Source of the DNA: Pocillopora damicornis
Lineage: Eukaryota
DNA length: 64,000 bases
Reading direction: 5' to 3'
Assembly: GCF_003704095.1 (NCBI RefSeq)
Contig: NW_020844944.1
Coordinates: 124,001-188,000, forward strand
Shown here piece after piece: positions 1-12,555 of this stretch (position 1 is the first letter of the stretch; each line of letters starts with the position of its first letter). The position numbers and the translations under genes were made by a program. Under the pieces are notes generated by a model. It saw only the letters and a program-made list of their open reading frames with translations, ran no database searches and had not been told where the DNA came from.

Positions 1-2215
1 ATCAAGTGACTCTTAAATCAATCTGTACTTGTTTCGAGACCTATTTTTTTATATTTTATACGTTTAACAGCTCAATTTCTAGTTATAAGTACCAAGCTTT
101 TAATACAAACATCTATAAATATTTTATTACAATAGTTGGTACATAATACGAAGTTTTTAACTCAAGTACAGGTAGGGCTTTGTTACCTGTAGAGGGATAA
201 ATGTCGCACTGCACGGAACAAGCTGGTTTAAAACCCACAAGATGAACTGTTGGCTTATAGTATTGACCGGGTAAACTTTAAGTTTCATGTGTTGACCAAA
301 TAAGCATTGCGTTCCACGACTTCGATGTAAGGTAAGAGTGACAAACGTTGATGATACTCCACTGAGTATATGCCAAGCTCTCGTCGTAAACATCTTCTAT
401 AATGCATGGGCAAATTGGTCTCGCTTTTTCTAACCAGAGGGAATTTTTATGCGCTCCTTTAAATGTATGTACGTGTTTGAAAGTAATTGAAAAACTCACC
501 GATGAGTCAAAGGGTACGATGAGGTCAAACCCTGGAAACGAAACTTTGCGACGAGGATTTGATCACATCTTTCAGACAACTGTTTAGAAGAGTGTTGCAT
601 TAACTTTTCGGCATACCTTAGTTAAATCTACCTTCGTGTAAAGAAGGTACTTGCGCTTTAAAAAGAGGTTTCATAGCTTTAAAAGGTATAAAAAAATTTC
701 CTCTCTGTTGGATAAAAGCAATTTTATTTCCTAAAACTGCCCAGGATAATGCACACTGGCTAAGATGCTGCACCACTTCGTTGCACTGTTTGCTGTGGCC
801 ATACTTCCTTCACGTGAAGGGATTTCCAGTCCTCATCCTGGTAACGTTGTTTCCATTCTTTTTATTGTACCTTAAAGTTGACTCAACATTTTGACAGAGG
901 TAGAAGCCAGCTGCTTTTCACAGGACACGTCACACGATCTAAACTACTTAAGCTTGCCAAAATTGCTGGAACCGGGGAATATTATAGGAGTGCTTGAACA
1001 TTATTAACGAAAGCAGGCTGGTATTTCTTCTCAGTAGAGAAAATGCCGTAATTTGCTTGAAGGTGCTGCGCCAGTCAAATAAAAATTCATTTTCCTTGGA
1101 AATAAAAACTATGGTTTTAGAGAAACGGTTAGATATGGTTTCGAAATTTTTAAGGAAAAAGAAATTATTTTAAATTGGTAATAGAGAACTAAGACGCTTG
1201 ATCGTTTTTGATCCTACATACTAGCAGTATAGAAGACATTTGTCGGACATGAATCTAAACTAGTCGAGCTTGCCATAGAGTATCCTTAAGCTTAGTTAAA
1301 AAAACATGGAAAGGGGTGCGTTTCGTCGTAGGGAAATCAGAAATGCCTTTTTTTCCCTTTACTATTCCTTGGTTTGGTCACTAACATCCAAGCTTTCATG
1401 AGACGAGAACCAAAAAGATCGATGTTAAGTTGTTTTTTTTTTCTGTCCTGTTCTATAGCAATCGAGTGCACAAACCACACAGTTTTAAACGAGGCAAGCA
1501 GATCTAGGTTTTTTACCAACTACGTTCACGCCAGCGATACCTTACTAACGGGCTGGTTTACATACAATGGCTCAGCCGGTACGCGCATGGCTACAACCTG
1601 CGTTCCCGCTGATCACTGCGGTACGCTCGTTCCTGGATGGCTGGCGGGTAACCATCCAAGTGTAGACGAAGGTTTAGTAGTACGATCAGTATGTCTCTCC
1701 AAGTCGCAAGTTTGTTGCATGACGTCTGTGAGTGTACTTGTGAGGAACTGCAGCGGCTTCTTTGTTTACAAACTGGACGTGAATGCAAGTTTAAGCTTTA
1801 CTTTTCGAGTGTGTGGAGCTGGTATTGAAGGTAATGTAATATTCTCCGACCTCCATTTGTAGAGGAAAACCCTCAGAGATTGCAGTGTGAATGTCTCCTC
1901 CATCGTCTACCATCCACTTGCAAATCATAACCACGATATTACAGACACTTAGTTTTTGCCTTTTTATTCAAATAGAAGTTATTGGCAGTTGTTTGAGATG
2001 TAAAATGAATTCTTTATCGAGAGGAGGAGGTTTCATCCATTTTGCGTCCCTCAGGGGAGGCATGGGTGTTAGTTAACTTGATATCCCACCTTTTAACCTA
2101 AAGGTTTGCTGATACTGACTTCAATTCATAAAATCTGGACAAATTTTCTCACAGAGCCTTTTTTTATTTCAGGATCATTGCCGCCTAAGCAAGTAGCAAT
2201 CAAGAATAAGTTAGG
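1..2215 (+). repeat. Left arm of ~2.2-kb inverted duplication (partner 4234-6615); possibly an alternative-haplotype contig
   Basis: Position 1 ATCAAGTGACTCTTAAATC is the reverse complement of 6597-6615. AAGAATAAGTTAGG (to 2215) is the reverse complement of CCTAACTTATTCTT from 4234. The arms are colinear throughout, roughly 90-95% identical by eye. The arm ends exactly at the 100-N gap 2216-2315. Confidence 0.95.
1459..1830 (+). CDS. Duplicated exon encoding a uromodulin/GP2/OIT3-type D8C domain (inverted copy of exon 5159-4785)
   Basis: Acceptor ttctatAG at 1457-1458, donor GTaatg at 1831; 372 nt, phase 1-1, open frame. Motifs C...GWF...AG.RM...CVP..HCGT..PGWL.G.HP...EG.V.R.VC......CC......VRNCSGFFVYKL match D8C. 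Confidence 0.75.
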
Positions 2216-2329
2216 NNNNNNNNNNNNNNNNNNNNNNNNNNNNNNNNNNNNNNNNNNNNNNNNNNNNNNNNNNNNNNNNNNNNNNNNNNNNNNNNNNNNN
2301 NNNNNNNNNNNNNNNTTATTGACACCCAC

Positions 2330-5159
2330 CCTGGCAAGCAGCGACTGTCCCATCCCCTGTTGGTAAAATATCGTTACTTGGCTGATGACACGGTATACAT
2401 CTTCCAATTGTCTCAACTTGGAATAACCCATATTTGATAGTCACGCGATACTTCGCACAACTGATCAAACCATCCACGCATGAGCAATTGAAACAGACTC
2501 CTGAAAACCAGTGGGTACCATGATCCCGCACCATGCCTTTCTCATCGGTGCAAGCTGGTCGAGAGAGCTTGGTACAGGTTATCTTTCCATAGCTACAGGT
2601 ACACTTAGTCATGTTGTTGCTAAGCCACTCATGTCCATTTGCAAAAGCGTTGCCATGGGAATCCCAGCAACCACTTTCAGTTTTTTGGCACTCGACTTTA
2701 AGATTAGGTGCACATCTACATTTGAACAAAGGATTTGGGTTCCAACTCTGCCATACGTCATAGCTGTTTCCTTCTTTGTCTCTGCAACCTAGTAGAAATT
2801 CAGAAAAATAGGCGACCAAGTAGGTTACCACGCATAAATTCTCGATGCAGGCAGTCACGGGTCGGCCTTTTTTTTGCGTACTATCCACGGTTATGCCATT
2901 TGTAGCTACGAATGGCTTCAAAACTAACTACCTCATTTTATCGGGATCGAAGTCTTCTAACAACAAAATATGTAATGGAAGTATTCAGCCATGCGGAGTC
3001 TGGTTTCCGCAGCTTTATCTATTCGGTTGTTTCTTTTAAAGGAAAAATCCATGATCTATCACCTGGAAGGACGAGGTAAGGAGGATTTGGGAGGGGGGGG
3101 GAATTAAAGGGGTATCAGTCGACCCCTATATATTATAAAGGGAGGGTACTAAAGAAAACTGCTTGCCAATCAACTGACAATGAAAGGGGCACCATAACAA
3201 TATTATAAAGCCTTAGGGAGATCATAAACAAATTCATCCTACTTCTTCCCCCCTCTCCCCCCCCCCATGCCGATAAATGATGATCAGTTCATAACTGGTT
3301 TATGTGTCACTTACCAGCTTCTCCAGCTCCACAGTATCGCAGGCTGCAGGAGTCTACACCTGTAGGAAAGCGTCCAAATTTGTACACCATAAAACCACTA
3401 CAGTTTTTCACTAACACCAAACTATACCAGTGACAACAATTGGTATCCTTTGTAAAACAAACCATACGCTGCACCACACCCTCCTCCACGGTTGGATGTT
3501 TGCCATTCAACCAGCCAGGTGACAGAGTACCACAATGCATTCTGGGCACGCAATGTGTCGGCATAACAATCCCTGCACGGCCAGCCAGCCTGTACCAGCC
3601 ACTGGGTAGGTAGGCGTCACACTTCAAAGTGTTGTAACTGAAATAGTCTGCGGCTCTATCACGTGCGTTGAGTGTGTTGTAGTCAGTGCATTCATCGCCT
3701 ACTACCAATTAAATAAACAAACAGACATACAAACAAACAGTTATCGAAACAAACAGAAGAAATCAACGATATGAAATTCTTTTGTTTATTTGAAACGTAG
3801 AGTCGATCATTCTTTTAATTACAATGAACAAACTTGAAGAGTTTCGGCACAATTTTCGCTAACACGTTTCTGTTTAAAGACTGAACTTCGTGTTGCTTGG
3901 TTTAACGAAGTAAACAATTATCGCAAATGAGATTAGAACTGAAATAACGTCATTAAGTTGGCGTGGATAACTCTTTTAAAAGGGTAACTCTTTTTCCATA
4001 TTGCATGCTCATCTTGACATCCATGAAAGCATTAAAGTTTGTAACGATGGCGTAGAATTTGGGAACGTTTCTAATCTTTCTTATAAAATTTTGTTGAAGA
4101 GGCGGCGTGGAAAAGGCTGCAGTTATTAAATAGAATACTAGTGTCTGTGTTCAAGTTGAACTTTCACTCACAATTAAACAATCAATCAATTCCTTATCAT
4201 TTTTAAAGGCTTTAAACTGCCTTTCTTATATTACCTAACTTATTCTTGATCGCTACCTGCTTAGGTGGCAATGATCCTGAAATAAAGAAAGTCTCTGAGA
4301 AAATTTGTCCAGATTTTATGAATTTAAGTCAGTATCTGCGAGTCTTTGGGTTAAAACGTGGGATATCAAGTTAACTAACACCCATCCCTCCCCTGAGGGA
4401 CGCAAAATGGATGAAACCTNNNNNNNNNNNNNNNNNNNNNNNNNNNNNNNNNNNNNNNNNNNNNNNNNNNNNNNNNNNNNNNNNNNNNNNNNNNNNNNNN
4501 NNNNNNNNNNNNNNNNNNNAAGTTAACTAACACCCATCCCTCCCCTGAGGGACGCAAAATGGATGAAACCTCCCCCTTCTCTCGATAAATAATTCATTTT
4601 ACATCTCAAACAACTCCCAATAACTTTTATTTTAGTAAAAAGGCAAAAACAAAGTGTTTTTAATATCGTGGTTATGATTTGAAAGTGGATGGCAGACGAT
4701 GGAGGAGGCATTTACATTGTAATCTCTGAGGGTTTTCGTCTACAAATGCGATCGATGAAAGGAGTTCGGAGAATATTACATTACCTTCAATACCAGCTCC
4801 ACACACTCGAAAAGTAAAGCTTAAACCTGCATTCACGTCCAGTTTGTAGACAAAGAAGCCGCTGCAGTTCCTCACAAGTACACTCACAGATGTCATACAA
4901 CAAACTTGTGACATGGAGAGACATACTGATCGTACTACTAAACCTTCGTCTACACTTGGATGGTTACCTGCCAGCCATCCGGGAACTGACGTACCGCAGT
5001 GTTCAGCGGGAACGCAAGTTGTTGCCATGCGCGTACCGGCTGAGCCATTGTATGTAAACCAGCCCGTTAATGAGGTATCGCTGACCTTATCGATGTAGTT
5101 GGTAAAAAACCTAGATCTGCTTGCCTCGTTTAAAACTGTGTGGTTTGTGCACTCGATTG
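2330..5159 (-). CDS. Partial gene for a Cys-rich extracellular protein: D8C (5159-4785), D8C (3698-3315), tandem VWC-like repeats (2788-2330); 5' and 3' ends unresolved
   Basis: Three symmetric phase-1 exons (375, 384, 459 nt) with canonical AG/GT sites splice in frame (IEG-DEC; EAG-CRD). D8C signature in exons 1-2 (GWYRLAGRAG..MPT.CVP..HCGTLSPGWLNGKHP..EEGVV.R.VCF). Exon 3 has repeated C.D..G......W......C.C..G.I.C units. Confidence 0.85.
3045..3295. mobile_element. Degenerate short interspersed element with G-run/C-run ends; related copy on the opposite strand at ~47300-47515
   Basis: Both copies share the layout G-run, gggg(t/a)tca/tagt, gggg.acta..gaaaa, aacaatatta.aa.gcct.a.gggg.atc, C-run. 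Family not identifiable from sequence alone. Confidence 0.4.
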
Positions 5160-6615
5160 CTATAGAACAGGAAAGAAAAACAAACAACTTAACATCGATC
5201 TTTTTGGTTCTCGTCTTATGAAAGTTTGGATGTCAGTGATCAAACCGAGAAATAGTAAAGGGGAAAAAAAGACATTTTTGATTCCCCTACGACGAAACGC
5301 ACCCCTTTCCATGTTTTTTTAACTAAGCTAAAGGGTACTCTATGGCAAGCTAGACTAGTTTAGATTCATGTCCGACAAATGTCTTCTATCTTGCTACTAT
5401 GTAGGATCAAAAACGATCAAGCGTCTTAGTTCTCTATCACCAACTTAAAATTATTTCTTTTTTCTTAAAAATTTCGAAACCATATCTAATCGTTTCTCTA
5501 AAACCATAGTTTTTATTTCCAAAGAAAATGAATCTTTATTTGACTGGCGCAGCACCTTCAAGCAAATTACGGCATTTTCTCTACTGAGAAGAAATACCAG
5601 CCTGCTTTCGTTAATAATGTTCAAGCATTACTATAATATTCCCCGGTTCCAGCAGTTTTGGCAAGCCTAAGTAGTTTAGATCGTGTGACTTGTCCTGTGA
5701 AAAGCAGCTGGCTTCTACCTCTGTCGAAATGTTGAGTCAACTTTAAGGTACAATAAAAAGAATGGAAACAACGTTACCAGGATGAGGACTGGAAATCCCT
5801 TCACATGAAGAAAGTATGGCCACAGCAAACAGTGCAATGAAATGGTGCAGCATCTTAACCAGTATGCATTATCCTGGGCAGTTTTAGGAAATAAAATTGC
5901 TTTTATCAAACAGAGAGAAACATTTTCTATACCTTTTAAAGCTACGAAACCTCTTTTTAAAGCGCAAGTACCTTCTTTACACGAAGGTAGATTTAACTAA
6001 GGTGTGCCGAAAAGTTAATGCAATACTCTTCTAAACAGTTGTCTGAAAGATGTGATCAAATCCTCGTCGCAAAGCTTCGTGTCCAGGGTTTGACCTCATC
6101 GTACCCTTTGATTCATTGGTGAGTTTTTCAATTACTTTCAAACACGTACTTGCATTTAACGGTGCGCATAAAAATTCACTCTGGTTAGAAAAAGCGAGAA
6201 CAATTTGTCCATGCATTATGGAAGATGTTTACGAAGAGAGCTTGGCATATACTCAGTGGAGTATCATCAATGTTTGTCATTATTACCTCTCATCGAAGTT
6301 GTAGAACGCAATGCTAATTTGGTTAACACATGAAACTCAAAGTTTAACCGGTCAATACTATAAGCCAACGCTTCGTCTTGAGGGTTTTCAACCAGCTTGT
6401 TAAATGCAGTGCGACATTTATCCCTCTACAGGTAACAAAGCCCTACCGGTACTTGAGTTAAAAACCTCGTATTATGTACCAACTATTGTAATAAAATATT
6501 TATAGATGTCTATATTAAAAGCTTGGTACTTATAATTAGAAATTGAGCTGTTGAACGTATAAAATGTAAAAAAAGGTTTCGAAACAAGTACGGCTTGATT
6601 TAAGAGTCACTTGAT
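4234..6615 (-). repeat. Right arm of the inverted duplication (partner 1-2215)
   Basis: Reverse-complement match to 1-2215; interrupted by gap 4420-4519, whose two flanks repeat the same ~50 bp. Confidence 0.95.
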
Positions 6616-9032
6616 ATGAATAAAAAGCTTGATTATGTGATTAAATTTCAGGGTTTCAAGACAATTACTCTCGCGGTACTTTGTTCGTAATATAAAATTC
6701 GCTCCCTGAATTTTGATACCTAAAACTTTTGTTCATCAATTTTCATTTAAAATTCATATCTAGTTATAAATGACAAGTCGTCACATTACCGGCTTGAGGC
6801 AAATTTTGCGACACGATTTCATAAGACAGGAAATCAAAACTCAAACGTAATTTTCCCAAACAAGTATGCACAAACGCCGGGTAATATGAAAAATTGTTTG
6901 TATTGCTCAATACGTAGGCTTCCATGAACTATTTTCGATTACAAGGGAAGCAGTGTTAACAATCAGCCCACTTGCTCCTGGAGTCGAACAAAAAGACACT
7001 AATTGCGTTGTTTATGAAAGGTATCAATAGAGCGTCGGTTTAAATTGAAAAAAAAACCTAAAATGCTTAAAGAGCATTTTAAGTCTACTAAAAACCTCAC
7101 GGAATCGAAGGCAGGCGATATTCTAGTTGCAAAATTTCCTTCTTCGAGGTTACGGCCATTTTCTATCTGGTCTAAATTGTTTTTGTTCTAAATCATGTTG
7201 GGCAAATCACTTTACAGTCTATCGGAGTATGGATGCAACAAAACATTTCAAACATCAACAAGTCAACACGTTTCGCAATTTTTTCTCAAATACGTGCTCA
7301 ATTATCCCATTCGTCGAATCCTGATTAAGGGTTTGTTTAATTTATAAACTGACGGAAGAGAAAAACCGCAGTCATAACAACTTGGATGATTAGTGACAAA
7401 AATTTTTTATTGTGTGTTAACGACCGAATCACCTGCTGCGAACAAAGTGAAAAAGCTTTAGTAAAAGCGAAAATAGATTTTGACAATTTGCGACAAAAAA
7501 TTTTAACCGAATTTTGCATTATATCCCTCTTGGCGAACGAAGAAAAACAAGACAATAAATTTTTGATCAAATAGCTGAAAGAGAATTACCATTTTGCTTC
7601 ATATACTCACTCGTCTTGTTTTCCATGTGGGATAAATAAAAAAAAAAATGGAAAGATAAAGGATATGAAATACCTAAATGAGATGAGCGGAATACGACGC
7701 AAGGATCATATTTATAATTTCCGACCATGCGTCATCTTCGACTTAGTGCTTTGTTGAAAGATGAGTGGAAGTAAATTCAGAGATAAGGAAATTAACCGAC
7801 ATTTGAATATTCTGCTCTTCAGTGAGAAAACTAAGTCTGTTCAATTACTACATTTTTCAGAGGCGTGAGAAGGATTTTCCGGATGGGGGTTATGGAGAGA
7901 GGNNNNNNNNNNNNNNNNNNNNNNNNNNNNNNNNNNNNNNNNNNNNNNNNNNNNNNNNNNNNNNNNNNNNNNNNNNNNNNNNNNNNNNNNNNNNNNNNNN
8001 NNNNNNNNNNNNNNNNCCCCCCCCCCCCCCCCCCCCGCTTAGTTACGTCCTTGTTCGAGTAATTGACTGCTCCTTGCGAAATATTAAAAGCGATCGGTCC
8101 TCAGCCATAAAGGATGGAGAACTCTTTGCGGAGGCCAATTTTTATGAAATATACTATCGTGCTGTACTTCCAGGGATATTAGTTTCCACATTTAAATATT
8201 TATCTATATCTGAAGGGAAAAAAAGAAAGTCTTCGTTTTTTGTGTCTATTTAAACTATAAATGAAAAAATAAAGAATTTTACATTTGTGTTTATTTGTTA
8301 TTAGGCTACGGACTTCGCTGCTCCTACATTTATCATTCAAAGAAAAATAAGTGGCGCTCGTTCTTTAATGCTGATGAGGTATTTCATGAATCCTCATTTT
8401 GTCAAAAAAACCCAACGATAACATCAGTTTTTAAAGATAAAAGATCTTGAGCGGATAAAAAGCAATTGTCTTGGCTAAAAGTTAAAAAACAAATTCGCTC
8501 AGTTTTATCGTATCGAATATCTCAAAATATCATAATTGGATTCTTGGCTACTTTTAATCATTTCCCGTTGGAAATTAATATTCTTCATCAAAATTCAAGT
8601 TCACTGATTGAACGTGGGTAGTATTTTTCACAAAGATATTTTCATGCTAAAATACGTCTTTTTAAATCATACAAAAAATGAAATAGTACACCTTTTTTTA
8701 TCATATTAACTTTTCATTTCACTTTGGTTTAATTTTTTCCTTTCTGATTTTAAATGTCAAGTAAGTTAGGAAATGAAAAATTTTTACCAAAGAAAAATAC
8801 ATAGTGTTTCAACTAGTTTTATAGATCTTATTGTGACAAATAAATNNNNNNNNNNNNNNNNNNNNNNNNNNNNNNNNNNNNNNNNNNNNNNNNNNNNNNN
8901 NNNNNNNNNNNNNNNNNNNNNNNNNNNNNNNNNNNNNNNNNNNNNAATCGTGCATAGCTGTGAAATTTTTTTTCTGGATATTTCATGAGTAAAGGAAGAA
9001 CTTAAACTCTTTCCGACAGCCTTGTGCCAGAA

Positions 9033-9167
9033 ACTTCCGAAACACTGATTAGTTTCACAGTACTCTCTTACTGCTTTTAATTTATCAAGTAGAATTGCAA
9101 AAATCTTCCGAAACACTGGCTAATTTCACTGTTTTCTCTTGTTGCTTTCAATTTAACAAGTAGAATT
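9033..9167. repeat. Imperfect ~72-bp tandem duplication
   Basis: cttccgaaacactg...tttcac...ctctt...gcttt.aattta.caagtagaatt occurs twice in tandem. Confidence 0.75.
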
Positions 9168-9609
9168 CTTAATTTTACAACTTTGACTTAACCGGATATC
9201 CTTACCCAAAGTAGTATTATTTCAACTTTGAAATACACTTCTTTTCCCGAAAGTTTTATCTGAATTTCCTTAATTCCTCAGATACAATTTGTATAGCAAT
9301 CTTCAAACTGCACGAATCAACAAAAATAGCGATAACAAACGAAAAGAGATTGAAGTAACCTCACAAAATTTCCTTCAAAGAAGTAATGTCAGCTACAAGG
9401 CGTGCTTATCGCATTTTACATACTTAAAAAATATTACTTAAAAAATATTACTTAAAAAACATTCACGAGTATTAAAAACGATGTGAATTACACATTTTTG
9501 AAGCTTTAAGGCAAACTTCGTATAAATCTCCTAAAATGGTAAAGAAATCAATTTTCCCGTAAAGTTACATCGGGTATAGCTCCAAATAGCACTGGTGATT
9601 TAATTCCTT

Positions 9610-9755
9610 ATTTAACTCCCATGAGTAACATAGACGGAATTTCTCATTATAATATCAATAAAATATCAAGCACGCAAGTGATGAGAATAGAGAATTTTCG
9701 AGCAGACAGTAAGGAGAATTCTGACCACTGAGATCTTTGTAGTGAAGGGGTCAGT
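9610..9755. mobile_element. Internally deleted copy of the ~200-bp TTAA/CCCT MITE family
   Basis: tttaactcccatgagt...gaatttctc...atatcaagca..caagtgatgagaa...cagacagtaaggagaatt matches the reverse complement of the 57441-57652 copy. Confidence 0.6.
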
Positions 9756-11089
9756 TACAGTTAAACCCCAGGGCTAGATAATTTTGCTCCGTTACCGCTT
9801 GTTCCGCCCACGAATCGTGAACAATTATCATGTTTTCAAGGTAGCTCCATAGGGTATTTGCTCAATGTTGGCGCGCGCGCCTTTTCCTAAAAAAAATTTA
9901 TGTTTTTCAAAACGATTTTCGTTATTAGGCTAAGGCTCCAGGTAGGGATGCGCTAGCCAGCGATAATTTGGCTTTGTCTTTGATTTTCTTTAGTTTTCTT
10001 CTGGTGAAATCTCTCAAAATTTTCACAATTTTTGAAAATTGTCCTGCCGATCGTTTAAAAGTCGAAAAAAATTGGGTTCACAAAGGCACTTCTTCCCGCT
10101 ATTTTCAATTTTGTGTTTTCTTCCTCTATCTCAAATTTGGTCTTATGAATTTTTTTTTTAATCAACAAGCATTAGGAAGGATAATATTGAATATTACGGG
10201 TGCAGTTGCTGGAAATCCTAGATTCAATCAGATAGAAACTGTAACACGTTAAACTGTTTTTTCGCACACCTTTTCAGATAACAATCGTGCGATTGTATCG
10301 AGTCGCCATGTTTGTTTTGCATGTTGACACTTTTCAAGCTCGTGCTTTGTTCGCACCCAGATCTCGCGCGGTCAAAAAACCCTGTGGAGCTACCTTATCG
10401 CTAACGCAAATATGGATGTTTCAGGCATAAACATAATTATTGCTGACATAAATTACGTAGTGTCCAGTTTTTTAAATAACAGAAAGCTACTAAGGAAGAT
10501 TTCTAAGCGACATTGATGATGATGCCTTAAGCAAACAACTTTGAGAATAATGCAAATGTGATAAAAAACGAACGATTTTTTTGGATAGCTGTTTTTTTGT
10601 TTGCCCTGTAAATGTCACTTTCAATCAAAGAAAACACATTTAAACGAAAAGAAAAATTTACAAAGGCCCGTCTTTAAATTAATATAAGTAAGGCGCAAAT
10701 GGCTTTTTTACTACGAACTATTCAAAAGCTGACATGTTATTAATACCACTTCCCTTTGACAAAAATGGCAGCTGCGACATGTGCGAATCATAGTGTAATA
10801 ATAGAGTGGATTTTAATTAAGAAGAGCAAATAAGAAATAAAATGTAGTTTAATCTGACAAACCCTCAAATACGTGAAAACTTTGATTCGTTTTACATCGT
10901 TGAATAATAAGAAATTCCCAAGCCTGCGGTATCCTTTTCCTCAACTGGTATTGCTTCTTGTTTACAAGTTAAAGGGAAGGGTAACAATTCGAAAGGTAAG
11001 ACATTGTTTCTCGTTGATCATAAAGACTGAGAAATCGAGTAACTTTCATCAGAAATGTATCATTCTTTTCGAGAATCCAATCACATACA

Positions 11090-11157
11090 GGTTTTCTGAC
11101 GGAAAGATTTCTTACAATCAGCTGGTTTTCTGACGGAAAGATTTCTTACAATCAGCT
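11090..11157. repeat. Perfect 34-bp tandem duplication
   Basis: GGTTTTCTGACGGAAAGATTTCTTACAATCAGCT x2. Confidence 0.9.
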
Positions 11158-12555
11158 TTCAATCCAAATTACACGGTTCAAGATAATTTCATTTCATTTC
11201 CGTTTCATAATATCAATATCGATATTTCGCATCTACAATCATCCGGGTTAACGTTCATCTCTTCGCAATCTCTAAAACGCATTTGATCCTTCACACAACA
11301 CCGAACTGTGACCAGTTCAAAACCGCACGAAAGAAAAGGCAACGTTAAACTAACAAGAGATTTAAAATTTCCATAATTATTTTGATACCTTGCCGTAAAT
11401 TGAGTAAAAACAACATAAACTTCAACACTTGAAACTACGACAAACAGCATCAAAGAGACACAATGCAGCGACAAGAAATCTATTCCTTCACATTTTGATT
11501 GGATTCAAGAAAATCAAATTGTATGTTTATATTAATAGTCCGTTATAATTGATACCAACTTCCTCAAACTCAAGGGTCGGTGAGCTACGAAAGATGATGA
11601 ATTTTTAGGTGTAGAACATCGAAAATTTTTAAGGCGCTCTGTTCAAATATTTGTATTCCGGAAGAAGACGTTTTCTAACCGAAAAAAAGGTAGTAACCAT
11701 ACGGAAGAGAGTAATTTCTTTGTCTTCTGCCGGCACAGAGATTACATTATTGTTATCACTTCGAGGTCTAGCCAAGATTGAAGCAATTCGTTGGAAAATA
11801 CATCCCAGGTGACAAAGGGGAGACAAAGGATTCTGGAGATAACTGAGGGGGTTAAAAATGTAGATGTGTTTAATAAAGGGCATGTAACTGCTTATTACCC
11901 AGGCGATAATTTCAAAACGAACTGCAAATTAACCCTGCTTTTACAGAAATGTTAACGACTCTGATAGACTACGACGAGACGTTTCTTTAACGTTAATATA
12001 AATTTCTCCTTCAGATGAACTAATTCGTCTCTATTGTAATTGAATCAAGGAACTCGCGGTCGAAACTCACTAGATCTTGTTTATTATTCCTACTCGAATT
12101 TTCTATCTCTAACTTTCACACCTTTCTTTTGTTGGAGTAACCTGTTTCGATCCAATTATAAACGGGCTTTTTCAGTTTCGCTGCACAAAGTCACGAGTCG
12201 AAACAAGTTCCTCTGGAAAATTTCTTCCGGTTATGTCACTTTCGTAAACAGTTACGAGATTAACGATATGTTAATGTGGCACTTGGTTGACACAGATGTA
12301 GATCATTCAAACATTCTCGTTCATTCCCCTTCTTTCCGGCTCAGTGTGAATCCCAGCTTGACTTGCGATAACCAAAGAACTTCCTGGAAAGAAAAAATAT
12401 TGAAGATTGACAGTAATACAGTTTAACATCGACATCGAAGAGCAACACATATAGACGATCATTAATCAAAACAGGTTTGATTTTTCTACATGCTGAAAAG
12501 GGAGTGACTTATCCACTGAGAGCAAGCAAGGAAAGATCACGGAACTAAAGCTGAG

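Noticed and set aside
4369-4570. Direct repeat of ~50 bp on both sides of the 4420-4519 gap
   Set aside because: The inverted partner region has only one copy; this is an unmerged contig overlap.
5700-6500. Protein-looking short ORFs in the duplicated intron (also 157-960)
   Set aside because: All frames have several stops, the ORFs differ between the two copies, and I recognise no motif.
7611-7626. Possible first exon ATGGAAAACAAGACGA|GTGAGT of the D8C gene
   Set aside because: Phase fits, but it gives no signal peptide and has no other support.
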